Assembly (NCBI GenBank): GCA_025201805.1
Contig: MU619260.1
Span: 1 to 64,000 of the forward strand
Direction of reading: 5' to 3'
Length of the DNA: 64,000 nucleotides
Source: Parasitella parasitica NRRL 2501
Taxonomy: Eukaryota > Fungi > Mucoromycota
The notes under the pieces are model-generated. The model saw only the letters and a program-made list of their open reading frames with translations. It did not search any database and was not told the origin of the DNA. How positions within the stretch are numbered: the stretch's first letter is position 1; each line of letters begins with the position of its first letter. The translations under genes and the position numbers were made by a program. Below are positions 48,422-59,886 of this stretch, piece after piece.

Positions 48422-50260
48422 TTAGACAGAAGTAGTAATAGATACATCAGGAGAAGGGGAAACGGGCTTGGTTGCTTTGCCAGTGATACGATCCTTCACT
48501 TCTTCCCACATCAGTTGGCGTTCGACAGCAACGCCACCTAGTACAGAAGAATTTTCCTGAGCACGGCGTAAAAGATAAGGTATCACTTCGTCGATCATGC
48601 CATATGGCAAATACTTGTAAATAGAATAACCATTGCGACCCAAAGTATAAGACAATTGGTCTTGCATACCGAACAATTGGCCAAATTGAACAACACCAGA
48701 CTGAGCACACACATTGTTCTTCTCCATCTCCTCAATAGTCAAGATAACACTATCACGGTTATGACTGGCCACCATAAAAACGATAGGCGAAGTGGCATTA
48801 GTAACATGTTCACCAGTAGCATCTTGGTGTTCCTTGATCTTGTTTAGCAAAAACTTGACTCCACCGTTGTAAGAGGCATGAGTGTCCTCCAGAGTATCAC
48901 AAATGGGCGAGCTGTAGCCCATTTCGTCAGCGCGTTTGCGTTCAGAGACCATGTAAGCACCACGCACCAATTTAGCAGCAAAAGTAAAGTTTTCGCGTTG
49001 AGAAAGAGCCACGTCCAATTCAAGTCTTCCTTGAGCAGACTTGGTGTACATCTGGTACGTGTTGAAGATGGTGGGTTGTTGGTTCTTATTGGCATTGAAC
49101 TTGCGCTGCAGGTTGACAGCAACATGGTCGATAGCATCTTGGAAGTAGGATTGTTCTGCATCGACCATTACGCCCACCTTTAAATCACGAGCCAAACTAC
49201 AGGCATCTTCCAGACGAGAAATCATACGATCATAAGCCTCAAGATCCTCGCAAGTTAACAGGACAGCCTTAGCGTCCTGATTATCTGTCTTCCACCACAC
49301 ATCACGAGCAGGGCCTTGCAAGTTAAACAGCTTTCTAAATTCGATAATGTCCAAGGAAGCCTTGTTCTTTTTCAAATGAGCCACAAGAGAATCACGTTGC
49401 AAGGCTTGATCTTCACTTATTGGAGCAGGCAAAACGCGATTCACGACTTGGTGAACACCTTCAGCATCAATAAGGCCATTGGCTTGGTTGTCCAAAAAGG
49501 CCTGATCCAAAGCGGCGATAACTTGATTCAAACGAAGCAATAACTCTGGAGGCGAGAAGGCAGTAACTTTAACGGCAACCATAGCATTATCCTTGACACT
49601 GCCGGCAGCCGTAGTCATACAGGTCTTGATCATCTTGGCAATTACATCAGCCTGTTGTTCATCGCGCTGATATTTGCCACCCTCAGCAGCAGGAGCAACG
49701 TTAGGATCAAGATGCAAGTCAGCTTCTACGGACAAATCTAAAATACAGTTGATGCCAGATTGCGCCAATTTGTCCATGCTAGAGATGCACTCTTCGGGAG
49801 TTTCACCGCCGCAAAAATGACGGAAAAACGTTTGTTTGACAAACCAGTAAACAGGAGCTTGAAGGCCTAGCTTTTCAGAGATGGAAATGAGATGGGGAGC
49901 GGCATCTACGAGCCATGGCAGGGCACACAGTCTATACACAAATAAGGCCATTGCTAGCTCTTGTGTGCTTTTGGAGTGGACAGCAATACGATTTTCTTTG
50001 TCATGCAATTCATCGACAGTGGATGCAGAAGTGGTAGCCTTCATTTGGGCTTCTGCTTGAGCCACACTCTGAGTGTACATGTAAAACGAAGACGTTAAAA
50101 GAACACTGGCAGTAATCGTCTTGAAAGGTAAGCGCTTTGCATTTTGTGTAGTATTGGTACTAGTAAATGTTCTAACTGGCAGACGTGGTAAACTAGCTCT
50201 GTTGAATAGCGACGTACAGCGAATGAATGGAGAAGCAGTACGAAAAGCAATACGGTGCAT
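48422..50260 (-). CDS. PUT1: Mitochondrial proline dehydrogenase, single exon
   Basis: Arg/Ser/Thr-rich presequence; FFRHFCGGET, VMVDAEQSYFQ, FNTYQMY, AKLVRGAYM, MVASHN, FGQLFGM, KYLPYG, PYLLRRAQEN. Confidence 0.96.
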   Translation of the reverse strand: MHRIAFRTASPFIRCTSLFNRASLPRLPVRTFTSTNTTQNAKRLPFKTITASVLLTSSFYMYTQSVAQAEAQMKATTSASTVDELHDKENRIAVHSKSTQELAMALFVYRLCALPWLVDAAPHLISISEKLGLQAPVYWFVKQTFFRHFCGGETPEECISSMDKLAQSGINCILDLSVEADLHLDPNVAPAAEGGKYQRDEQQADVIAKMIKTCMTTAAGSVKDNAMVAVKVTAFSPPELLLRLNQVIAALDQAFLDNQANGLIDAEGVHQVVNRVLPAPISEDQALQRDSLVAHLKKNKASLDIIEFRKLFNLQGPARDVWWKTDNQDAKAVLLTCEDLEAYDRMISRLEDACSLARDLKVGVMVDAEQSYFQDAIDHVAVNLQRKFNANKNQQPTIFNTYQMYTKSAQGRLELDVALSQRENFTFAAKLVRGAYMVSERKRADEMGYSSPICDTLEDTHASYNGGVKFLLNKIKEHQDATGEHVTNATSPIVFMVASHNRDSVILTIEEMEKNNVCAQSGVVQFGQLFGMQDQLSYTLGRNGYSIYKYLPYGMIDEVIPYLLRRAQENSSVLGGVAVERQLMWEEVKDRITGKATKPVSPSPDVSITTSV

Positions 50261-51919
50261 TTAATAGTTTTTTTTATTGATAAAGTATAAAAAAGTACAG
50301 TTCTTCAGAAACATCTTTGAAGGAAAAAATCTTGGTCCTTATATACACGTTTCCAGGATAATTTCTATAATGAGTTCTAACCAATCCGTTATCAAAGAAG
50401 CACTGAGAATGTGGGGGATGATTTTTAAAAAAAACCATAACAGAAGATCTCAGCTTCAAAACTGTAACTCGACACACAGTGTTGGACAAAATGACTAAAT
50501 GCAGTAATTTCCCACCATTCGAACCAATCATGGCATGTACTACAGCCGTATAAACCTTGTTTAGTTTGACAGGCTTTGAAATATTTAGTAATAAAAGTCA
50601 TTCATATCTCATCTCAAAGATAAAAAAAAAAAATTGATCTCGTTACATGTATAGATTAGTTTATCTTGTTTCTATGACATCTAAATATATAGATAAAACG
50701 TTCAAACTACATAATCTTGCATGTCGAGCAATAAACATCTAGAAAATCCTTTTTGTCCTTTTATGCGGTATATCTTTCGTGATTGGATAGATTTCGACTG
50801 GATAATCCATTTAACTACTGGGCGAACACAATTACAAGCATAAATATTGAGCGATTTATTTTCATGAACTTGTAACAGATTTCCTGTCTCAATTACTACC
50901 TTGGATTCTAGTCTTTAGGTTTCTATCATGTATTGAACTAGAGTCATATTAGATCTCGAACGCCGCTCCAATTCCAATGATGACTATAAAGGCTCCCAAA
51001 TAAAACGAGCAATTTACATCATCTTTTTTTTTTTTTATAGTGTACATGCATATAAACAATAGTGTATATAAGCTTTTTGCATGTTTGGTTCATGGTATAC
51101 TGTATGCATTTAAATTTACGTCCAAACACTGTTTCGAGTTACTCGGAAATGAAAAAATTTTCAAGTTTAATATTATTTGTAACAATGACTTTATTTTTAA
51201 TGGAGATCAAAAATACATGCCACCTCAAAAATACCAGAATTCTTGAGATTCCAGTAGATACATATATCTACAGAATAAAGAGAATCATAAAAAAAGAAAA
51301 TGTGTTCCCCTGGTTTGTTTTTGTTCTATATAAAAATTGCTAATGCTTATTCTTAATCTACAAGAAATGAAGAAAACATTTCCTCGGGTGTGGGTGTGAC
51401 CCCATGCTAAATCGTGTGAATTTAGTGTTACAAACAAAGCAAAACACCAAAATTTCATGACAGTGCAAACAATGTTGAAGGGCGGTTTATAAAGTTTTGG
51501 CAAGACATTTAGCAAAAGAGACGTGGAGAGCACGAGATACGGCTTAAATTACAAAGTGCGCTTTTACTATAATATGCAGAGAAGAGGGTGAGACTGAACA
51601 AGGAGCAAATATAACTTGTTGGATTAAACTAGGCTATCAATTACAAATATGGGACATGTATACAGAGAGAAAAGTATGATTTATAGTCCAACAATTCGAT
51701 GGTGATTTGCGAGAAAAACGTCTTGAAAGACTACTACTCATAGACGATTTATCGTTTGGATCACGGTCGATTGTTTACGATCCAGCCATTTACGAAAACG
51801 AAATTAACACGAAACATTTTTAAGCAATAAAGATATCATTGCTACGTAAATTAATATTAGCGTTTTTAATTTCTAGCGTGGTATCTACATGGTGTAGGAA
51901 AATGATAATCCCGTATTTT

Positions 51920-54891
51920 TTACAAGTAATATCCGTTCAACACGAGCCTGGTAAGCAAATCCCGTACAAATACATCCATTCCATGCTTTGCCTCATGTCT
52001 AGTGTAAAGTTCATTGAATATGCTATGCCTTGTGCTATTGAGTATATTCGTCAGTCGGCCTGAACCTTTTGTTTCCAACAGCTGCAGTACTTTGACAAAC
52101 ACTTGTGTATGTTTTTGGAACTGCTCAAAGATACGGCGGCATTTGAGACTAAGCTTATCCTCATTCTCTATATCTTTTACAGTATAGTCATCCAAGATTG
52201 CACTGAAAAATATGATATCTTCGAGGACGGGTTGTAGCACCTGAAAGATACGGGTTTGGCTTTGTTTCAAAAAGCATTGAAACAAGATGCGATCAAGTAC
52301 ATGCTCATGGTAATCTCGAAACGAATGTGGCTCCATGATGACCGAAACATAGTCTTTGCTGCTATTAGCGCTGGCGGATGTTTTCTGGGCTTGCATGGCT
52401 TGGACATGTTGCATAAACGAAGACCAGGAGGCTTTAATAGCCGTATCATGAATGTAGCTTTGTAGCGCACTTGTGAACTGATCCATCTGAAATCTGTACT
52501 TGAACAAGAGGTCGCGCGTGGATTGCCTATGCCATTTCATATCCCGTAATGGCTCGTAGCATCGCTTGATGACTGTTGCTACACGCAACAACTGCAGCAA
52601 GAATGAGAATATCCGGTTGTATTTGTCTAGAATCGCTGGTGTGATGACCATATTCAATGGGTATGTTGCATCATAATTGAGTTGTAAAAAGTTTAGTGCC
52701 TCCACAGCTAAGGTTTCTCCATCAGAAAACAAAACGGGACAAATGTGCATAAATCATACAAAAACTTACCGTGAGGATGATTCCATTGGCTATTGGCGGT
52801 CGTTTTTCGGAAGGAAAACGTAACAAGATCGTCGTGTGTGTGCACTGCATTTTCGAGTAACAAATTTCTAAGGGCTAAAGTCAAATCAAATGATTTTGGT
52901 GGCCAGCAATTTCCCATATGATTCAATCCAATACTCGAAGAGGAGAATAGAGTTGCTTTGAGCCCATTTACAAATACACCATTGCCAAATAGGAAATACC
53001 GATACAAGAGTGACAAATGAGATTGCAATTTAAACTGATCCAAGAAAGAGATCATGAAGGATTCATTGAGCAAAGGACACCAGGTTTGGATAGGTTCAAT
53101 GTAGCTCTGGCGCGTGGTAGTGTCTAGAGTGGGTATAGAGTGTCTAGTTTCATCTTGGAGCAATCGTAAAAGACGCTGGGCAAAGCCACTTTGTTTGGTA
53201 TCAAGTGGGGGCAGCGTAGGAGTGTCATGTTGCATAGCTTGAAGGTCATCATCAGCATCGTCATTGTTGTGGCTGTCCTGTTCATCGCTCGCATGGTGCA
53301 CGTTGCCTAATGAATTGTACGATTTGATCTGATTGCATATATGCTGTAGTTTGGACGTATATCTATGGCATGGAAACGTCAAATGTCAAAAACAGACACA
53401 TTTACGCATTAATGACGCTTACTCTTCGTTTTCTGTACTGTTCAATATGAATTTCAGATTGATCGAATCATCCAAGTCAAATAAAGGATGATCTGGTTTT
53501 GCTAGTTTCAGCAATCGAACGGATATACCAGACCGTAGTATATATAATGCCAACTTTTTGTCTACAAAGTAGGGCAAATCTGCTTCTGAACGGATCTATC
53601 AATGTCCGTTGGAGTCATTTATTCTTGCCTATGCATTCTCCTCCTATCCCCCTCTTACCTTGTACCGTTGGAGCAAATCACTTTGATTTTCTGAAACGCG
53701 TTCACCTATAAAAAATTCTGCATAAGGGTCTCCATGTTGATCAGGTGAATATGTGCTGTTTAAATGCAGCCAATTGCTCATCATGTTGGAATAAGGGACG
53801 CTAGTGTAGCTCAAAATGACTAGACAAACATCTCGGTATAGCGCAGAGTTTCCGCCGTTGGAAGCTAAATCAAATCCACTTGTTTCACGATGCAGCAGAT
53901 TCAGCAAAGAGGCGCCTTTGGGCAGTACAAATTGTCGGGATCGAACTTGACAAAATCCATGCAGTTTCTCCACAACAGCTGTTAGGCTCTGAACAGAATG
54001 ATGCACTTTCAACACAGTCATTGTTTGGAAATCATGCTGCTGATCAGATGCGAATAGAGTCATCACGGCGTGTTGTATATACATCAAAAGCTCTTGTAAA
54101 CAGCAGCCAAAAGCTACTCCCGTAAGCCCGTAAGTGTCAGGCTGGGACTGGCACTGTTGAGATACGTATTCTAATGCTCTGATGTGCGTACCGAACAATA
54201 ACACCTGCTCAAGTAACGGCTGGATGGCTGCTGTGCTGACACCGAGAATGCGATACTTGGCCATCCGTTGTCTGAATGCAGAGTCTTGTTGATCCCAATA
54301 AAAGTAAATGGACGGCAGCCCTGTGATGGCTTGTATCAGGCTTTTGGCTAGCTCAGACTCGTAAATCACAGCCGTCTCAGAGGGATCCTGTAGTTGCCGG
54401 ATCAGTGGTTCGAACAAACAAAGAGGTGCTTCAGTAATGAAGGGTGTTCCAATATTGCGATCAGATAATCGAGTCTGTTCATATGATGGGAATTGTGAGT
54501 TGCGAGTGTCCCAGGATAAGGTATTGAATGTGGTAGGGGGCCGCATAGTTGCTTCTAATAACCAGATATCTTGCTCTTCACCCTCCATTTCCAGGTCTTG
54601 TTCTTGCGGTTGTGGTGGTTGATGTGGCTGTAAATGTTGTTGCTGTTGTAAAAACAATGTATCCGTACTGCTACTATCTGTAGTCGAGCTCGCTATAGAA
54701 GCATTTGCATCAAAGAAATCAAACGGCTGTTCAGACAGTGGCTGTAATCGTAGTTGTGGATGGAACCAATTCAAGTCTACTTTATTTTTTTTCCAAAATT
54801 AGATTTTTTGCTTGCACAAAACAAGCTTATACTTGCCTATAGCTTTTTCGTTCTTTTTTTGCTGCAGCTGTTGCTGTGTATACCACTGCAT
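51920..54891 (-). CDS. Gamma-tubulin complex component (Spc97/Spc98 family, GCP6-like), multi-exon
   Basis: DPYAEFFI, LQSHLSLLYRYFLFGNGVF, ALNFLQLNYDATYPLNMVITPAILDKYNRIFSFLLQL, C-terminal DLLTRLVLNGYY; a short first exon (MQWYTQQ...) joins via a GC-AG intron at 54836-54777. Confidence 0.82.
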
Positions 54892-56355
54892 AAACCCAAG
54901 AGTTCCATTATGTTCATCGTCTATGGAATTATGTTCAAACATCTAATCCGGTAAGAAAAACGCTTCAAATGAATGCAACAAAAACCGTGCATAAGATGGC
55001 GAGCAAGAGTCACATGTTTGTATGAGCCGTAACATCCCTTGTCAGTCAATAGGGCAATCTAGCAACCGTGTCAAGCAAAAGAGATCATCTAGAGCCACTC
55101 CTATGATCAAATCTCAAAGAGTACGCGGTTATCAAGGACATATCAACATCCTAAAAAAAATGTATTGATACAAATTGCTCACAAGTATTCACTATGCTTG
55201 TGTACATGATATTCGATGCTTGTTGTGAATTGATTTATAAAATATAAATGCCCAAAAAAAAAAATCAAGTAAAAAGTGATTATATACATATGCACGTACT
55301 TGTAAAGATAATAGTTAACTTTTTGGAAAGTAAATAAGTGGAAAGTAGGATAAAAAAACAAGTAATCCATGTGCAATAACTACGTTTTAATGCCGCCAAC
55401 ATGTTACTAATAACTCTTGAAAAGGGTAATTCACAAAGGTTTTAATCGTAGAAAAGAGCTCTAAACTGCACCAACCAATTGCCACGACCCCAAAGCAGTA
55501 TGCTGATTTAATTTTGTAGCTCTTGGAGACATTCTGTTTTTTTCAAATCTTTTCATGATCGAGTATAACGAAAAAATGGCAATTTTCTGAAAATTCACTT
55601 CTTAAGCTAAAAAGCAAAGCATATACTGAGCACAAAGGTTTGGTGTGCCTGTTTTTAGCATCGTTTCAAGATTCGACTTTATAGTTTCTTAAATGTTTTG
55701 ACACCTTTTTTGAAATATTTGCAAAAGAGAAAAAAGTTTTATCGTGTAAAGCGTATCATTTATTGTATAAATCAATTAGTGGAGTAAGTATAATTACCAT
55801 AAAGTTTGTCTACTTGAAATACTTTAAAAATTTAAAACTTTATTTTTTTGTAAAAATAAAACGACACTTACAAACAAAACTGGCTTTTTTCTGCTAAGTG
55901 TTTGTGATATTTGTCTGTTGTATATAAAGCATCAATTATCAATGTTAGAAGTGATAAGAAAGTGGGTTAAGCTTTATGCATATGAAATATTTGCTACAAC
56001 TAGTGTAATGATTATTATACAATACTTGATACAATAAAAATAAATTAAGAAGAATAGTTGTTTAGCTGCTAAAATCCACCCAACTTCATTCTATGCATAT
56101 GTTATATTCGATTTTGCATGTCTACAGCATCAGCATTGGGCAACTTGTACTGCAAATCAGGATAGCCAATTGTAACGTGCAGAGCAGCCATATGCGAGTA
56201 ATCGCCTCTGTCTAATTATCCGAGGTCTATCTTTTACATTGTCATTGATGAACAAGCAGTGCTGCCGTCTTCAAACCCAGTTTTCAGTTATAAATCGTCA
56301 ATTTAAATTTTATTCGATTGTTCTCTGCTGTGCTATTCACATCATTCCGCCCAGC

Positions 56356-57936
56356 ATGTGTCCATATCGTTTTGATCAATTAACGCCAGAACTACAAGCT
56401 ATTGCAACTGACAAGTTCATGTTTCAAAACTGGGCCAAAACCTTCAAATGTGCCCCAGAATTAATGTTTGAACCTACTACTGAAGAGCAAGTTCAAAAGG
56501 TAAAAGAAAATTGACACAAAAAACAAACAAACAATCCAATATTGCCAAAACTAGGTCATTCTTTTAGCTAAAAGCTTGAATAAACCTCTCAAAGCATTTG
56601 GATGTGGGCATTCTCCCTCAGATTTAGCATTATCTCCCGGATTCATGGTCAACATTGATAAAATGAACAATTTGCTCGATGTAGACAAAAAAACATGCAG
56701 AGCCACTGTACAAGCGGGCATGTCACTCCACAAGCTGCATCAGGTCTTGAGAGAAAATGGTCTTGCGCTCAGTAGTTTGGGCTCTATCTCAGACCAGACT
56801 GTCGCAGGTGTCATGGCTACGGCAACTCATGGCACTGGTGCTGAATATGGCTGCTTATCAACGATGGTATGTAATAATAGCTTGTTTACGGGGGGGAAGT
56901 AAAAGGGCGGCGTTTAGCTTACACCTTTTTATATTTTGTGTTCTTCAGATCGTCGATTTAACTCTGATCACAGCCGATGGAAATATCATGTTTTGCTCAC
57001 CCTCAGAAAACGTCGATGTGTTTGAAGCAGCTCGTTGTAGCTTAGGGGCATTGGGCATTATCACTCGTATGACATTGCAGGCTGAGCCGGATTTCAAGCT
57101 GGAAGCAATTCAAAAGCCCTACAAATTCTCTGACATTTTGAACGATTGGGACAATGTAATTCATTCTGCTCAGCATGCTCGTGTGTGGTGGTATCCTCAT
57201 ACTGATGACTGTGTAGTTTGGAGAGCAAACCGCACGACCAAAGAGATATCTCGCACTGGCCCTAGCTTTTTGATGGAAAGAGGTTATGGTTTCCATGCTT
57301 ATCAGGCCATGTTGAACTTTACTCGGTACAGCACTCGTCTTATTCCTTACCTGACCAGATTGATGTTCAATACGCTACATTCGCAGCCAGTAAACATGGT
57401 GGACGTATCCAACAAAGTCTTCAATTTCGACTGTCTTTTCCCACAATACGTCAATGAATGGGCTATTGATTGGAGAGATGCCCCTGATGCTCTACGCAAG
57501 CTAGACAAATTCATCAACGAAAACAACCTAAAGGTGCATTTTCCTGTTGAGATTCGATTCGTGGATCAAGATGATGTATGGCTAAGCCCTGCTTACGGCC
57601 GCAAAACATGTTACATTGGGGTCATCATGTACAGACCTTATGGCAAGCCTGTGCCTTACAAGAAATATTGGAAGGCGTACGAGGATATCATGCGCGAGTA
57701 CAACGGCCGTCCGCATTGGGCCAAGGTAAGCAGCAATCGTGAAGCATGTGTCTACGTCTAGCTTAACTTTGTTTTCTTAGGCTCATGGCCAAACAAGAGA
57801 GGATTTGGAAGCTTCATATCCCAAATTCAATGAATTTCTTTGTGTTCGCCAACAGCTGGATCCAGGGGGCATGTTCCTCAACGACTACCTGAGACGCCAT
57901 GTTTTCGCTCCTCAAAAAGCAACGGCTAGACTCTAG
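56356..57936 (+). CDS. D-arabinono-1,4-lactone / L-gulonolactone oxidase (FAD-linked, ALO1/GULO family), 4 exons
   Basis: FQNWAKTF, GCGHSPSDLA (covalent-FAD His), SLGSISDQTVAG-MATATHGTG, SLGALGII, HFPVEIRF, GRPHWAK; last exon from 57781 ends ...KATARL* at 57934-57936. Confidence 0.93.
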
Positions 57937-57949
57937 TTGTAATAAATTC

Positions 57950-57990
<41 letters not shown>

Positions 57991-59505
57991 GGAAGCTGCC
58001 CAAAACAACAATGTCTAAACAAAACTTCTCTAGATCCTTGAGTGCCTTCTTGATTTCCTCGTTTTCGAAATGGCCAGAGCATTCAACAAAGAATACGTAA
58101 TGCCATGGACGTTGGCCGCTAGGTCTAGAATCGATTTTGAACAAATTTAGTCCATAGTCTTTGAAAACCTTGAGCCCATCACACAAAGCGCCTGGTTGGC
58201 GGTGGTCGACAGTGAAAGTCATGAGCGTATGGTCGTCTTTGCTGGGCGAGTCGCTAGCAGCACCAATAATCAGGAAACGGGTTGTGTTGGCTGTAAATGT
58301 TTAGAGTTTGCTCTCCATCTCCAAGGTATTTTGTATCATTAGCTTCTGTAATAGCAGCTTCTGCTTCTTTACGTGCTTCATATTCGATAAGCGCATAACC
58401 CTAAATTTGATCTGTAAGCAACCAACTCTATTTGAGACATCAAAAAAAAAAAAAAAAAAAAAAATTACCTGCAAGATCCTCAATGTTGGCCTCCACAATT
58501 TCCAAGCCGTATAATTCGGCGCAAATCTCACTGCAAACAGCAGCGGCTCCAGTTTCTAATGCGGCCTTTTCTGCCGCCTCTGCTGTTGATTTGACTGGAA
58601 TACGTCTAGCATTTGGAATGTGTGCTGAAAGCCATTTTTGAGTCTGCCCTAATCCCTGTGGGTGGCTGTACACTTTGATGATCTTGTCTAATTTACTGTT
58701 GGAAAGCAAGCATTGATGAACTGTCAAGTACGTCTCGGCACGAACTCTGACAGAGGTTTTAATGAAATAGTCGAGAGACTCGACAACTGAGCCGAAAGTG
58801 GAGTTTTCAAAAGGGACAATGCCGTATGTTGTTTGACCCTTTTCAACAGCATCGAAAACATCTATATAATATATATATTTTGCAGGTGAATAAATGCACA
58901 ACCTAGTCGCCAATTTTGGATTACTTGCCATCGATTTGCTTCTGAGGCACATATGCAACGCTGTCTCCTAGACGCTTATATGCGGCTTGGTGTGAAAAGG
59001 TGCCTGGTGGGCCGAGATATGCAATGGAGACGTTCTTTTGAAGAGCAATTGACGCAGACATGATCTAATAGACCCATTCAGCATTGAGCTGCCTCTTTTT
59101 TTTTTTTTTTTGTACTGCCTGTAACCACTCACCTCTCTAAAGATGGCCTGCAAAGAATCGTCGTTCAGGGGACCCGAGTTCAAGCGAGTCAGCTTTATTC
59201 AAATGCGCTATTAAGTCCAACATGCTGGGTTGATGCCAAGTGAAAATTGATTACCTTTTTATAGATTTCCTGCTCACGCCCGGGCCTGAATACCTGCACA
59301 TCTGCCTCTGCGTTCTCGTCAGCCTGTCTGAATATACGCAACTCGTTAGTCTACATGCCTCGGCCATGATTGACACAACTACTCACGTGTCCTTTCTTTT
59401 GGCAACGCCAATGTCTAATGAAACACGAGCACGCTCGTTCAAAATGTTTACAAGTGTTGTATCTAGTGAATCTATTTTTTGTCTGAGGGCTGGTAAATCA
59501 CTCAT
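57926..59505 (-). CDS. Bifunctional chorismate mutase / prephenate dehydratase (P-protein, PheA-like) with ACT domain, multi-exon
   Basis: AroQ-type LPALRQKIDSLD...LNERARVSLDIGVAK...FRPGREQEI...GPL...AIFREIMSAS; PDT IAYLGPPGTFSHQAA, VPFENSTFGSV, VYSHPQ, NTTRF; ACT PGALCDGL...IDSRPS...YVFFVE...LGSFP. The 3' end is obscured by a 39-nt homopolymer. Confidence 0.92.
58291..58400 (-). pseudogene. RBM8A/Y14-like RRM exon fragment inside a pheA intron
   Basis: Translates GYALIEYEARKEAEAAITEANDTKYLGDGEQTL, preceded by its own TTTAG acceptor. Confidence 0.7.
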
Positions 59506-59886
59506 ACTGCTATGCCTATTAAAACTGGGGGGGGGAACAAAGAGTGGATTAAAAATAGGCTCAACTTGTTGCTCTTTTTTGAAGATGTGTGTATAAGAGA
59601 CGTTTGCATTTTGAACATCCGGGCCATTATGAGCCAATGATGCCTGTGATTCACATTGCCCTTAAGCTGCAAAGACTCCGGATCATTAAAGTTGGACTAA
59701 AATGTGCACTGAAAGACGTGCCAGCTTCTAAGCTATCGCACCTCAATGCACGTATTGAAGCAATTTCGTTTGTTTTTTTAAAAATAGCATAAATCTACTG
59801 CAAAGTCTGAAATGCGAAATAGCCCGACATCAAATTTGAAAAGCTGACGATAAATATTCATGTATATAAATAATAAACAAATGGGT

